Assembly (NCBI GenBank): GCA_946539445.1
Contig: CAMNHK010000001.1
Location: forward strand, 9,845-73,844
Length of the DNA stretch: 64,000 bases
Origin: an uncultured Bacillales bacterium
Lineage (GTDB): Bacteria; Bacillota_I; Bacilli_A; RF39; UBA660
Reading direction: 5' to 3'
Position numbers and translations under genes: made by a program. Positions within the stretch are counted from its first letter, which is position 1, and every line of letters starts with the position of its first letter. A model generated the notes under the pieces. That model made no database searches. It saw only the letters and a program-made list of their open reading frames with translations, and was not told the DNA's origin. Below are positions 18,968-29,718 of the stretch, in pieces.

Positions 18968-19678
18968 ATGAAGGATAACTTAATAATACCAAATCATATT
19001 GGGATTATTATGGATGGAAATGGAAGATGGGCACAAGAGAGAGGATTGCCCCGTACCATGGGACATCAACATGCTGTTGGAACATTAAAAAAATTATGTA
19101 TATATATGGCTGATTGTGGAGTAAAGTATTGCTCTTTGTATGCTTTTTCTACTGAGAATTTTAAAAGAGAACTTTCAGAAGTGGAATTTTTAATGAACTT
19201 ATTTATTAGTTCTTTTCGAAAAGAATTTGATTTTATCAAAGAAAAAAAAGTTAGAGTTCTTTTTTCTGGACGAAGGGAACCTTTACCCGAAAAAGTATTG
19301 GAAGCAATGGATGAATTGGTAGAAGATACAAAAGATAATAAAGCTTTAACTTTAAATATTTGCTTGAATTATGGATCTCATGCTGAAATCGTTGATACCA
19401 CGAAAAAGATATGTGAATGGTATCGGGAAGGAAAAATTGCTTTAGGAGATATTACAGAAGATTTCATTCAAAAGAATCTTTATCAAGATTTACCTCCTTT
19501 GGATTTTGTGATTCGAACCAGTGGAGAATTGAGATTAAGTAATTTTATGATGTATCAAGCAAGTTATGCAGAATTTTATTTTCCAAAAGTATATTTTCCA
19601 GATTTTTCTTGTGAAGAGTTTGATAAAGCTATTTTGGAGTTTAATAATCGGAATCGTAGATTCGGAGGTGTCAAATGA
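18968..19678 (+). CDS. uppS: undecaprenyl pyrophosphate synthase
   Basis: HIGIIMDGNGRWA substrate-binding motif. GAGGAGAG RBS. Confidence 0.9.
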   Translation: MKDNLIIPNHIGIIMDGNGRWAQERGLPRTMGHQHAVGTLKKLCIYMADCGVKYCSLYAFSTENFKRELSEVEFLMNLFISSFRKEFDFIKEKKVRVLFSGRREPLPEKVLEAMDELVEDTKDNKALTLNICLNYGSHAEIVDTTKKICEWYREGKIALGDITEDFIQKNLYQDLPPLDFVIRTSGELRLSNFMMYQASYAEFYFPKVYFPDFSCEEFDKAILEFNNRNRRFGGVK

Positions 19679-20475
19679 AAACTAGAATAATTAGTTCTAT
19701 TATTGTAGTACTTATATTTTTACCATTTTTAATTATAGGAGAACTACCTTTTGCTATTTTTATGTCTATTCTTAGTGTACTTGGATTATATGAATTATTA
19801 AGGGTACGTGAAAGTAAAAAGAAGTTTCCTTTATTACTTAAAATTATTGCTTATTTGTTAACCGTTTATTTTTGTATGTATAATACAGGTTCTATTGATT
19901 TTCATTATATGATGGATTATCGAGTTATGTCGTTTATCATTTTCTTATTTTTATGTCCTATGGTTTTTATTAATGATAGTAAACGTTATAATTTGAATGA
20001 TGCTTTATTTTTAATTGGATCTACTTTATTTATTGGATTTAGTTTTAATTTGATTATTATAATACGTAATTTTGATATTACTTATATCATATATTTATTA
20101 TTGATTACGACTATTACCGATACATTTGCGTTGTTTACAGGATCTTTAATTGGAGAACATAAATTATGCCCTAAAATCAGTCCTAAGAAGACTATAGAAG
20201 GTTTAGTAGGTGGTGTTCTTATGGGAACTTTTGCTGCAACGGCTTTCTATAATACAGTTATTCATCCTACTATGTCTCTTGTATTTGTAATTTTTGTTAC
20301 ACTTGCTTTATGTTTAGTGGGTCAATTGGGAGATTTGGTTTTTTCTTCTATTAAACGTTATTATGAAGTAAAAGATTTCTCTGAATTGATTCCAGGACAT
20401 GGTGGAATATTAGATCGTTTTGATAGTTTGATATTTGTAACGATGGCTTTTATTTTAGTATTTGGTATTTTATAG
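19675..20475 (+). CDS. cdsA: phosphatidate cytidylyltransferase
   Basis: Polytopic protein with the C-terminal CdsA signature region (K..SP.KT.EG..GG and the DR.DS tail). Position after uppS. Confidence 0.85.
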   Translation: MKTRIISSIIVVLIFLPFLIIGELPFAIFMSILSVLGLYELLRVRESKKKFPLLLKIIAYLLTVYFCMYNTGSIDFHYMMDYRVMSFIIFLFLCPMVFINDSKRYNLNDALFLIGSTLFIGFSFNLIIIIRNFDITYIIYLLLITTITDTFALFTGSLIGEHKLCPKISPKKTIEGLVGGVLMGTFAATAFYNTVIHPTMSLVFVIFVTLALCLVGQLGDLVFSSIKRYYEVKDFSELIPGHGGILDRFDSLIFVTMAFILVFGIL

Positions 20476-20486
20476 GAGGGATTCTT

Positions 20487-21539
20487 GTGTCAGTTATTAT
20501 TAATTTACTTTTATTTATAATAATTCTTGGTGTTATTGTATTCGTTCATGAATTTGGACATTTTATTTGGGCCAAGATTACCGGTGTTTACGTCTATGAA
20601 TTTGCGATTGGAATGGGACCTAAGATATGGGGCTTTCGAAAAGGAGAGACTGAGTATAATTTAAGAGCCATTCCTATTGGTGGCTTTTGTCAATTAGCAG
20701 GGGAAGATTTGGATGATGATGAATTACAAAAGGTTCCTAAAGATCGTCGATTACAATCGAAAAAACCATGGCAAAGATTTTTGATTATGGTATTTGGACC
20801 AATGAATAATTTTATTCTAGCGGTTTTATTACTATTCTTTATTTCTTTGGTATGGGGTGGAACTACTTTATCTCCCGTTATTACGAATATTGAAAAAGAC
20901 TCTGCTGCTGAAAAAGTAGGAATTCAAGAAGGAGATATGGTTGTTGAGATCAATCATCATAAAATAAAGACGAGTGATGATATTTCTCTTTATTTAGCGG
21001 TATCTGATCCAAAAAAAACAAATACTATTACGGTTATTAAAGAAGATAATTCTAAAAAGACTTATAAAATTAAGGCTAAAAAAATAAAAGAAGATGGTAA
21101 AGAAACTTATCGATATGGTATTGGTATTCGACAGAAAAAAACAAAAGGTTTTGGAGCTGCTATCATCTATACTTATAAAAAGACCGTTTCCATTTTCAAG
21201 CAAATGTTTGTAACCGTTGGTTATTTGTTTACTGGTAAGATTCATTTAAATCAATTATCTGGACCGGTTGGTATTTATTCGATTGTTGGTCAACAGAGAA
21301 GTGGAGGAATTGCTAATTTATTATATTTAATGGCTTTCTTAAGTATTAATGTTGGCTTTATTAATTTATTGCCAATTCCAGCTTTTGATGGTGGTCATAT
21401 ATTGTTTATTATTATTGAATTGATTAAAGGTTCTCCTGTTAATCCAGAATTGGAGAACAAGATTCATACATTTTTCTTAATCTTATTGATGCTTTTAATG
21501 GTTGTCATTACGATTAACGATATTTTACGTTTGTTTTAA
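20487..21539 (+). CDS. rseP: RIP site-2 zinc metalloprotease (RseP/RasP family) with PDZ domain
   Basis: HEFGHF motif in the first TM helix. A PDZ domain in the middle. C-terminal LDGG motif. GTG start with TAGGAGGG RBS. Confidence 0.85.
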   Translation: MSVIINLLLFIIILGVIVFVHEFGHFIWAKITGVYVYEFAIGMGPKIWGFRKGETEYNLRAIPIGGFCQLAGEDLDDDELQKVPKDRRLQSKKPWQRFLIMVFGPMNNFILAVLLLFFISLVWGGTTLSPVITNIEKDSAAEKVGIQEGDMVVEINHHKIKTSDDISLYLAVSDPKKTNTITVIKEDNSKKTYKIKAKKIKEDGKETYRYGIGIRQKKTKGFGAAIIYTYKKTVSIFKQMFVTVGYLFTGKIHLNQLSGPVGIYSIVGQQRSGGIANLLYLMAFLSINVGFINLLPIPAFDGGHILFIIIELIKGSPVNPELENKIHTFFLILLMLLMVVITINDILRLF

Positions 21540-21615
21540 AAGATTATCTTGTTCTTTTTTGATTCGAGGGATATAATTGGGTTAGTCTAAAAGAGATTTT
21601 TTAGAGGTGAGTAAT

Positions 21616-21867
21616 ATGCAATTTTGGTATATAACATTACTTGTTTTTGCTTGTGTATTCTTAATACTTGGAATCCTTATGGATTGTTTGCAAAGAAAAT
21701 ATGAAAAGCAAGAGATTGAGCAGACGATTACGCAAACTTTACGAATTCGCAATATTGATCCAGTGAAAAAAAAGAAAGGACCTGTTAATGAAAATACAGG
21801 ACCAGTCATTATAAAAAGTGAGTTATTAGAGGAAAGTTTAGAATTATATGATGATGAGAAAATATAG
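21616..21867 (+). CDS. small hypothetical membrane protein
   Basis: AGAGGTGA RBS. One TM helix then a charged tail. Confidence 0.35.
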   Translation: MQFWYITLLVFACVFLILGILMDCLQRKYEKQEIEQTITQTLRIRNIDPVKKKKGPVNENTGPVIIKSELLEESLELYDDEKI

Positions 21868-21920
21868 TTTCTAACTTTTCTCTTTTTTTTTGGTATAATA
21901 CTAATAGTGGAGGTGATACC

Positions 21921-24089
21921 GTGATTGCTGGCGTTTTAGTTGAAATATCGAATAAAAATGTAGATCGAGTATTTGAGTATTCGGTTCCGGAGACTCTAAA
22001 AAAAGATATACAAGTTGGAATCCGTGTATTAGTTCCTTTTGGGAAACAAACCTTAGAGGGTTTTGTTTTAGAAATAAAAGAAGAAAAAACAACGGGAAAA
22101 GAGTTACGGGATATATTGAATGTAGTTGACTCGGACGTCGTATTGACTGAAGAGTTACTACTTCTTGGGAAAAAAATACAAGAAAAAACTTTAGCCTCTT
22201 TAATTAGTTGCTATCAAGTAATGTTACCCAAGGCTTTAAAAGCAAAGAATGGATCTAAAGTATCTATTCGATATGAGTCTTTTTATCGGTTTCAACCGGT
22301 TCCTAATGTTTCCTTTACCAAAAAACAACAGGAAATTGTAAATTATGTAGAGAAGAGAACCATTGTTTCTAAAAAAGAGTTGAATGATTTTTCTACGAGT
22401 AGTATTAAATCTTTAATTGCTAAGGGAGTATTATTAGAAGAAAAAAAAGAACGTTACCGTGTTCAATACACAGAATCGTCTCTTAGCAAAAAAGAATTAA
22501 CCGAGGAGCAACAAAAAGTTGTATCAGAAGTGGTTCAACAGACTCAACAGAATTATTTGCTGTACGGAGTTACTGGAAGTGGAAAAACAGAAGTATATAT
22601 GGAAATCATTGATTTCTATCTAAAGCAAGGGAAAAGTAGTATTGTTTTGGTTCCAGAGATTAGTTTAACTCCTCAGATGATTGAACGTTTTCAAAAAAGA
22701 TTTGGGGATAAAATAGCTGCTATTCATTCAGGACTTAGTGATGGAGAGAAGTATGATGAGTGGAGACGTATTGCACGGGGAGAAGTTTCTATTGTTATTG
22801 GAGCCAGAAGTGCTATATTTGCTCCTTTAAAAAATATTGGGATCATTATTATTGATGAAGAGCATAGTGAGTCTTATAAGCAGAGTGATCCTAATCCTCG
22901 ATATGATGCTAGAGAAGTTGCTATTATGAGAAGTGAATATCATCATTGTTCGGTGTTAATGGGAAGTGCTACCCCATCTTTAGAAGCGATGGCAAGGGCT
23001 CAAAAGGGTGTTTTTCATTTATTGATGCTTCCTCATCGTGTGAATGGAAGAAGTCTTCCACCAGTGGATATTATTGATATGAATCAGGAAATGAAGCATT
23101 CTCATGGCCATTTTTCTAAACCTCTTATGGATGCTATTCAAGAACGCTTGAGGCGAAAAGAGCAAATTATTCTCTTATTAAACCGAAGAGGTTACGCTTC
23201 TTTTGTTACTTGTAAAAACTGTGGATATACTTTTAAATGTCCGAATTGTGATATAACATTAACGTATCATAAGAGTAGTAATACATTACGCTGTCACTAT
23301 TGCGGATATGGGGAGAAAGGATACCGAGAATGTCCCGAGTGTAAGGAAGAATCTTTGACGAATCTGGGAGTTGGTACTCAAAAGATTGAAGAAGAATTAC
23401 AACGCATTTTTCAGGATGTGCGTGTTCTTCGAATGGATTATGATACAACTAGTCGAAAGGGAAAACATGAAGAAATAATTTCGGATTTTCGTGATGGAAA
23501 GTATGATATTTTATTAGGAACTCAAATGGTGGCCAAAGGATTAGACTTTGCAAATGTTACTTTGGTAGGAGTTATCAATGCTGATACTTCTCTTAATATT
23601 CCAGATTTTCGTAGTAGTGAAAAAACATTTTCTCTTTTGGATCAAGTGGCTGGAAGAAGTGGCAGAAGTGAAAAAGAAGGAAGAGTTATCTTGCAAACCT
23701 TCAATCCAGATCATTATGCCATTGCTTTAACCAAAAATCATGATTATATGAGCTTTTATCAAAAAGAAATGGAGATTCGTAGGAGATTAAAGTATCCTCC
23801 TTATTACTATTTATGTGATATACGTATCAAAGGAAAAGATGCGATGATGGTTTTTCAAGAGGCTTTAAAAATCAAAAAAAGTTTAGAGCGAAACTTAGTA
23901 AATATGATTCTATTAGGTCCAAGTAATGCTGGGGTCTTTAAAATAAATAATATTTATTCTTATCATATTATCTTAAAATATAAAAAAGAGGATTCTTTGT
24001 ATCCGTTGTTGAAAAAGATATTGGATCATTATCAGACAAATGTAAAGATAAAAATTGATATTGACTTTAATCCTAGTCAAATGTTATGA
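21921..24089 (+). CDS. priA: primosomal protein N-prime (replication restart helicase)
   Basis: Walker A GVTGSGKT. DEEH box. Cys-rich zinc-binding insert CKNCGY...CPNCD...CHYCGY. GTG start with GGAGGTGA RBS. Confidence 0.9.
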   Translation: MIAGVLVEISNKNVDRVFEYSVPETLKKDIQVGIRVLVPFGKQTLEGFVLEIKEEKTTGKELRDILNVVDSDVVLTEELLLLGKKIQEKTLASLISCYQVMLPKALKAKNGSKVSIRYESFYRFQPVPNVSFTKKQQEIVNYVEKRTIVSKKELNDFSTSSIKSLIAKGVLLEEKKERYRVQYTESSLSKKELTEEQQKVVSEVVQQTQQNYLLYGVTGSGKTEVYMEIIDFYLKQGKSSIVLVPEISLTPQMIERFQKRFGDKIAAIHSGLSDGEKYDEWRRIARGEVSIVIGARSAIFAPLKNIGIIIIDEEHSESYKQSDPNPRYDAREVAIMRSEYHHCSVLMGSATPSLEAMARAQKGVFHLLMLPHRVNGRSLPPVDIIDMNQEMKHSHGHFSKPLMDAIQERLRRKEQIILLLNRRGYASFVTCKNCGYTFKCPNCDITLTYHKSSNTLRCHYCGYGEKGYRECPECKEESLTNLGVGTQKIEEELQRIFQDVRVLRMDYDTTSRKGKHEEIISDFRDGKYDILLGTQMVAKGLDFANVTLVGVINADTSLNIPDFRSSEKTFSLLDQVAGRSGRSEKEGRVILQTFNPDHYAIALTKNHDYMSFYQKEMEIRRRLKYPPYYYLCDIRIKGKDAMMVFQEALKIKKSLERNLVNMILLGPSNAGVFKINNIYSYHIILKYKKEDSLYPLLKKILDHYQTNVKIKIDIDFNPSQML

Positions 24090-24126
24090 AATATGTTATT
24101 CTTATAATGGAATAGAGGTGTCAAAA

Positions 24127-24480
24127 ATGAATTATAATCCAGATGATGACAATGATAAACTAACGAACCTTCATAATGACTATTTTCATCGAGTAGCAGC
24201 AGGTGAAGATCCAGATGATATCGATGAAGATTATGCGGATGATTATTATGATCGCGATTTAGATGATGATGATGATGAAAAACCAAGTGATTTGGTGGAG
24301 TTAGAGTTTAATAAAAAGAATCGTGAAAATTATGAAAATCTAATGCAAGACTCTTCTACGAACCTAGATGGTTATTGGGATAAGAATAATCCAACTGTTA
24401 AAATGATATTAATGATTCTAGGTGGAATCATCATATTAGGGGTTTCTTATTATGTAATTGCCTATTTTTCATCTAGATAA
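24127..24480 (+). CDS. highly acidic hypothetical protein with C-terminal TM anchor
   Basis: GAGGTG RBS. Asp/Glu-rich N-terminal half. C-terminal helix ILMILGGIIILGVSYYVIAYF. Confidence 0.45.
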   Translation: MNYNPDDDNDKLTNLHNDYFHRVAAGEDPDDIDEDYADDYYDRDLDDDDDEKPSDLVELEFNKKNRENYENLMQDSSTNLDGYWDKNNPTVKMILMILGGIIILGVSYYVIAYFSSR

Positions 24481-24512
24481 TCTTGATAGAAATATTCTAG
24501 GGAGGTGATAAA

Positions 24513-25682
24513 GTGTTAGAGGATATCATCCAGCGTAAAGATGTATCTTTATTTATGGAAGAAATACAGAATAATGAGCGTTATTTTCAAAAAACAAGTA
24601 AAAATTTATTTGATCACTCTTTTTATGTATCGAAAGAATTAGCACTTTTCATCTTTTATGAATCATTATTTCAATATCGATTATTGTTTGAGGATGATTA
24701 TTTATTAGAAGAATTTTTAGATCAATTGCGAAAAATCTATAAAAAATTTGATTGCTTTGAAGATATTCGCGAAGGGGTTCATAAAATTCTGTGTAAGTTG
24801 CTTTGCTACCAATTAAATATTTCTGATATTCATCAGAAGGAAGCTCGTGAAAAATTGATTTCTTATGTTTATAATCGATATGTGTTAAATGGATATTATA
24901 TTCATGGCTTTCAATGTAGTTATTCTCCTTTTATAGGAGAAAATGGATTTGTTCCTGAAATCTATGAAAATTATTATTCCCGTTTTATGAAAGCTAGAGA
25001 TATTTTGGAAAAGTATCATATTAAGGGAGTTCTTACTAAAAATTTTCGTCAGTCAAAGGTTTATTTTACTGGGGATTTTGTAATGGGATGCTATTACTCT
25101 TTATATGCTCCCATGTATTTTTATAAATTTATTTTGAATTGTGACTTTTTTGGAAAAAGAATTCGAAAAGATTTTTATTTGAAAGATAATCTATCTCTTG
25201 TGATTAGTCACTTGAAAAGGTTTATGTCTTCTCGTATGGTAAAAGAGAGTGATCAAAATTTTATTTTAGATTTGGTAACAGATGAATGGAATTTGATTCA
25301 TCGAGAGAAAAGAAATATTTCTTTATTGTTGGTTAAGAAAAGAATGTTTTCGGCTCCTGTGAAAGAGTTAAGTGATTATTTGGATGATTCTAGAAATATT
25401 TATGAATTGATTGATGCATTACTTAATTCTAAAAATAATAATATTGAATATATGGATGCTTTGCGTCCAGAACAATTTGAGATTGTTTCTCTTCCTTTTC
25501 CTTATTTGCAGAATACAAATGAAGAAGAGGAAAATTTAGAAGAAGAATATAATCAAAAAGAACAAGAAGTAGGATTGGATTTTTTAAATGTCTATGGAAA
25601 TGTTTCCGTTCTTCTATTACTTGGTTCTGTTTTTGTTACAATAGGGGTTATTATTAGTATATTTATGGTCCTAAGGGGGTAA
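24513..25682 (+). CDS. hypothetical protein (389 aa, C-terminal TM anchor) occupying the position normally held by def between priA and fmt
   Basis: GTG start with GGGAGGTGATAAA RBS. No recognisable motifs. Confidence 0.45.
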   Translation: MLEDIIQRKDVSLFMEEIQNNERYFQKTSKNLFDHSFYVSKELALFIFYESLFQYRLLFEDDYLLEEFLDQLRKIYKKFDCFEDIREGVHKILCKLLCYQLNISDIHQKEAREKLISYVYNRYVLNGYYIHGFQCSYSPFIGENGFVPEIYENYYSRFMKARDILEKYHIKGVLTKNFRQSKVYFTGDFVMGCYYSLYAPMYFYKFILNCDFFGKRIRKDFYLKDNLSLVISHLKRFMSSRMVKESDQNFILDLVTDEWNLIHREKRNISLLLVKKRMFSAPVKELSDYLDDSRNIYELIDALLNSKNNNIEYMDALRPEQFEIVSLPFPYLQNTNEEEENLEEEYNQKEQEVGLDFLNVYGNVSVLLLLGSVFVTIGVIISIFMVLRG

Positions 25683-25686
25683 TAAA

Positions 25687-26616
25687 ATGAAAGTTGTTTT
25701 TATGGGTACACCAGAATTTGCCGTTCCTGTTCTTCAGGGATTGATTGATCATTATGAAGTAGTGGGAGTTGTTAGTCAGCCAGATAAGATGGTTGGAAGA
25801 CATCAAGAGTTGAAGGCTACTCCTATTAAAGAGTTGGCTCTTTCTTATCACATTCCTGTTTTTCAACCTATTAAAATAAGAGAAGATTATCAAGCTATTT
25901 TGGATTTAGATCCAGATATGATTGTAACATGTGCTTATGGGCAAATTATTCCAAAAGCGATTCTTGATTATCCAAAACTTGGATGTATCAATGTTCATGC
26001 GTCTTTGTTACCAAAATTAAGAGGTGGAGCTCCTATTCATAAAGCAATTATTGATGGTTATAATAAAACAGGTATTACCATTATGTATATGGATGAAAAG
26101 ATGGATAACGGCGATATTATTTTGCAAAGGGAAACTCCAATTTTAGATAGTGATAATTTAGAAAGTTTACATGATCGTTTAAGCGTGATGGGTAAGGAAT
26201 TATTGTTGGAAGCTTTACCTAGTATTATTGATGGAACGAATGAGAGAATTCCTCAAAAAGAAGAAGAAGTTACCTTTGGTTTTAATATTAAAAGAGAGGA
26301 AGAGCATATTTCTTTTGATCGAACCAGTCGGGAAATATTTAATTTAATTCGTGGACTTTCTCCTGTTCCAAGTGCGAATGCGATTCTTTTTGGTCAAGAG
26401 ATGAAGATATATGAAAGTGTTCTTTTGGATAAGACCTATCCAAATGCTTCTTGTGGGGAAATAGTCGATATTAATTCTATGGGTATTGTTGTTGCAACGA
26501 AAGATGGTTCTATTTGTCTCACAAAAGTAAAACCATTTGGGAAAAAAATGATGGACGCTAAAAGTTATGTAAATGGAATTGGCAAAGATAAATTAATTGG
26601 TCAGGTGTTTGAATAA
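25687..26616 (+). CDS. fmt: methionyl-tRNA formyltransferase
   Basis: MKVVFMGTPEFAVP start. HASLLPKLRGGAPI formyltransferase active-site region. Confidence 0.9.
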   Translation: MKVVFMGTPEFAVPVLQGLIDHYEVVGVVSQPDKMVGRHQELKATPIKELALSYHIPVFQPIKIREDYQAILDLDPDMIVTCAYGQIIPKAILDYPKLGCINVHASLLPKLRGGAPIHKAIIDGYNKTGITIMYMDEKMDNGDIILQRETPILDSDNLESLHDRLSVMGKELLLEALPSIIDGTNERIPQKEEEVTFGFNIKREEEHISFDRTSREIFNLIRGLSPVPSANAILFGQEMKIYESVLLDKTYPNASCGEIVDINSMGIVVATKDGSICLTKVKPFGKKMMDAKSYVNGIGKDKLIGQVFE

Positions 26617-27311
26617 TGAAAAAGAATTGGGAATGGTTTCAAGAATTTCGGAAAAAACCAGGAGGAAAAGCAATTCTTTTCTTTGGCTTTTATTTCTTGT
26701 TTTTTCTATTGATTTATTTTTATGCTCATACGAGTGCTCGTACTTATCGAACGGTGGAAGAATATGAGAGGGGAACTCCGTATCACTTTTCGATTGATGA
26801 TTTATTGAAAAATAATTATCATTTTTCTTATATTATCTCTGTTGATGGAAATAAATATATCTATGTTGGTGAAAGAGAAGATAACAGGATTTCTTTTACC
26901 TATAATAATCAAGAATATTATGGAATCGATGGGGTTTATTATTTAAAGAAAGAGGAATGGGAAGAAGTAGATTCTCCTATTTTATATGAACCTTTATTAA
27001 GTGTTAGTAATGTTTTTTCGTTACTAGATTATGCTACTTATGACTCTAAAACTTCTTATGAGAGTGGTAAAACGAATTATAATTTTTTGATTTCTACCAA
27101 TACGATTAATCAGGTTATTAATCAATTGGATAGTGATTTTATGGAGGAACCTAATATGATTGTTTTAAGTTCGGGTTCTGATAATAAAGTCAATCAGATT
27201 TTATGGAATTTAGATAGTTATTGTGTTTTAAATTCTTTGTGTGAGAAATCTATGAAAATTGAATTAAAATATAGTTCCTTTGGAGAAATTCAGCTGGAAC
27301 AACCTTTTTGA
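26616..27311 (+). CDS. hypothetical membrane-anchored protein
   Basis: N-terminal TM helix then a soluble domain. No motifs. Confidence 0.4.
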   Translation: MKKNWEWFQEFRKKPGGKAILFFGFYFLFFLLIYFYAHTSARTYRTVEEYERGTPYHFSIDDLLKNNYHFSYIISVDGNKYIYVGEREDNRISFTYNNQEYYGIDGVYYLKKEEWEEVDSPILYEPLLSVSNVFSLLDYATYDSKTSYESGKTNYNFLISTNTINQVINQLDSDFMEEPNMIVLSSGSDNKVNQILWNLDSYCVLNSLCEKSMKIELKYSSFGEIQLEQPF

Positions 27312-27385
27312 TTTGAATTTTTTGTCGAATTTTGTTGAAAAAATGAGAAAATTATGATATTTTTCTTTTAGAAAGGAGATTTGTT

Positions 27386-27874
27386 ATGGATTCAATTACT
27401 TTTATAACATCTTATTTGACTTTTTATTTAAAAGGGGAAATTTCTAAAGAAAAGAATTTTATCAAATTTAAAATTCCAAACACAATTTTAGGATTTATTC
27501 CACTTGGAGCTGCTAAAAAGACAGTTGCAATTAATCAAATTGCTTCTACTGATACTGATTTCAGACTTCAATTTAAACAATTAGTTGTTGGTGTTATTCT
27601 TGCTATTGTTGGTTTAGCTTGTATGGGTGATTCATTCTTTGCAGGATTAATTTTATTAGCACTTGGAGTTCTTGGCGCACTTAACGCTTTCCAAACAGCT
27701 TTACTTGTTAATACTACTGCTGGTGAATCTGTAGTTCTATTCTTTGTAATCTTTGAAAAAGCAAAAGCAGAACAAGCTTCTCAAATGATTAATGATTTAG
27801 TATCTGGAAGAATGGACGATACAAATACTCGTGAGCAAACGGATAGAGTTGTTGACGCTATCAATAATAAATAG
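27386..27874 (+). CDS. hypothetical membrane protein
   Basis: Two central TM helices. No motifs. Confidence 0.4.
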   Translation: MDSITFITSYLTFYLKGEISKEKNFIKFKIPNTILGFIPLGAAKKTVAINQIASTDTDFRLQFKQLVVGVILAIVGLACMGDSFFAGLILLALGVLGALNAFQTALLVNTTAGESVVLFFVIFEKAKAEQASQMINDLVSGRMDDTNTREQTDRVVDAINNK

Positions 27875-27952
27875 TTTTAGAAAAGAGAGATGCCTCTCTT
27901 TTTTATTTTGTTTCTTTATTGTATAATAGTTATAGTTTTGGAAGTGATACTT

Positions 27953-28975
27953 ATGAAAAATATTTATGGATGTACCTTAGAAGATTTGGAAAAATATTTT
28001 ATTCAAATAGGATCTCGAAAATTTCATGCTTTACAATTATTTAGTTGGCTGTATGAAAAGAGAATCGAAGATTATTCTATGATTACTAATATCAAAAAAG
28101 AGGTTTTAGATTCTTTATCAAAAGAGTATTCTATTGCAAGACTTCAAATCGTAGATGTTCAAGAAGATACCGATGTTTGTAAGTATTTATTTGAGTTAGA
28201 AGATAAAGAGCATATTGAGGCTGTTTTGATGAGACATGATTATGGAAATAGTATTTGTATTTCTAGCCAAGTTGGTTGCAATATGGGATGTAAATTTTGT
28301 GAGTCTGGAAGAAGAAAAAAAGTTCGAAATTTAGAGACTTATGAGATGGTATTACAATTACTAATGATTGAGAAATTATTGGGAGAAAGAATTAGTCATG
28401 TTGTAGTGATGGGAATTGGAGAACCTTTTGATAATTATGATAATTTGATTCGTTTCTTTGAAATTATCAATCATCCTAAGGGTCTAGCTATTGGAGCTCG
28501 ACATATTACGGTATCGACTTGTGGACTCGTTCCTAAAATATTAGAGTTTAGTACTTTTCCTCTTCAAATTAATTTAGCCATTAGTTTGCATGCTCCTAAT
28601 AATGAGGTTCGTGATCGAATCATGCCTATTAATAAAGCTTATCCATTAGAAGTATTAATTCCTGCTATTAAGACTTATTTGGAGAGGACCAATCGTCGTG
28701 TTACATTTGAATATATTCTATTAAAAGATATCAATGATAGTGACGAATGTGCTTTAGAATTATCTCATTTAGTGAAGGATATTAATTGCTATATTAATCT
28801 TATTCCTTATAACGAAACCAATAATTTAGATTTCATGCGAACAAATACTGTTCAAATTATGCGTTTTTATGATATACTTAAAAAGAATAATATCAATGTA
28901 ACAATTCGAAAAGAATTTGGCGGTAAGATTAGTGCCGCATGTGGACAGCTTAGAAGTAAGAAGGAGGAACTATGA
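27953..28975 (+). CDS. rlmN: 23S rRNA/tRNA adenine-C2 methyltransferase, radical SAM
   Basis: CNMGCKFC radical-SAM cluster motif. Conserved downstream Cys (AACGQL). Position upstream of stp-prkC. Confidence 0.85.
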   Translation: MKNIYGCTLEDLEKYFIQIGSRKFHALQLFSWLYEKRIEDYSMITNIKKEVLDSLSKEYSIARLQIVDVQEDTDVCKYLFELEDKEHIEAVLMRHDYGNSICISSQVGCNMGCKFCESGRRKKVRNLETYEMVLQLLMIEKLLGERISHVVVMGIGEPFDNYDNLIRFFEIINHPKGLAIGARHITVSTCGLVPKILEFSTFPLQINLAISLHAPNNEVRDRIMPINKAYPLEVLIPAIKTYLERTNRRVTFEYILLKDINDSDECALELSHLVKDINCYINLIPYNETNNLDFMRTNTVQIMRFYDILKKNNINVTIRKEFGGKISAACGQLRSKKEEL

Positions 28976-29718
28976 AATCTTTTTATATGACAGATCCTGG
29001 TAAGGTTCGTAATCATAATGAAGATAGCGTAATTATCGTAAAAAACGATGAGGATAGTTATTTGATGGCTATTGCGGATGGAATGGGTGGACATTCTGCT
29101 GGGGAAGTAGCTTCTTCGATTGCGATTCGTTATTTGGGAAAACATTTTAAAGAAAGTTTCCGAAATATGAGCAAAGTAGATGCTGTTAATTGGATTCGAG
29201 ATTCTGTAGATGAAATTAATACATTAATTTTTCAACATGAAAAAACTCATCCGGAAAGTAAAGGAATGGGGACTACTTTGGTAATGGCTGTTTTAACAAA
29301 AGAATATCTTTTATTTGGAAACGTAGGAGATTCTAGTGGATTTGTAATGAAAGATAAAAAATTACATAAAGTCACTTATGATCATACCCTTGTTAATTTA
29401 CTTGTAAGTGCGGGAGAGTTGACGAAAGAAGAGGCTAGTGTGCATCCTAAGAAAAATGTGTTGATGAAAGCTTTAGGAGCTTCTTTAGAGGTTGATGTCG
29501 ATATTTTTGATTGTGATATGGATATTTCGGAAATTCTATTATCGAGTGATGGATTAACTGGAATGTTAGAAAGAGAACATATTGAAAAAGTTCTTTTAGG
29601 AGAAGGAACCATTGAAGATAAAGTAATTAAGTTGATTAATAAAGCAAATAACAGAGGTGGAACAGATAACATTTCCGTTGCTTATTTGATTCGCAATGAA
29701 GAAGGTGAAGATAAGTGA
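28972..29718 (+). CDS. stp: PP2C-family Ser/Thr phosphatase
   Basis: MAIADGMGGHSAGEVAS metal-binding motif. Adjacent to the PASTA kinase. Confidence 0.85.
   Translation: MKSFYMTDPGKVRNHNEDSVIIVKNDEDSYLMAIADGMGGHSAGEVASSIAIRYLGKHFKESFRNMSKVDAVNWIRDSVDEINTLIFQHEKTHPESKGMGTTLVMAVLTKEYLLFGNVGDSSGFVMKDKKLHKVTYDHTLVNLLVSAGELTKEEASVHPKKNVLMKALGASLEVDVDIFDCDMDISEILLSSDGLTGMLEREHIEKVLLGEGTIEDKVIKLINKANNRGGTDNISVAYLIRNEEGEDK

Noticed and set aside
28867-29672. Antisense ORFs across rlmN/stp
   Set aside because: Embedded in conserved genes on the opposite strand.
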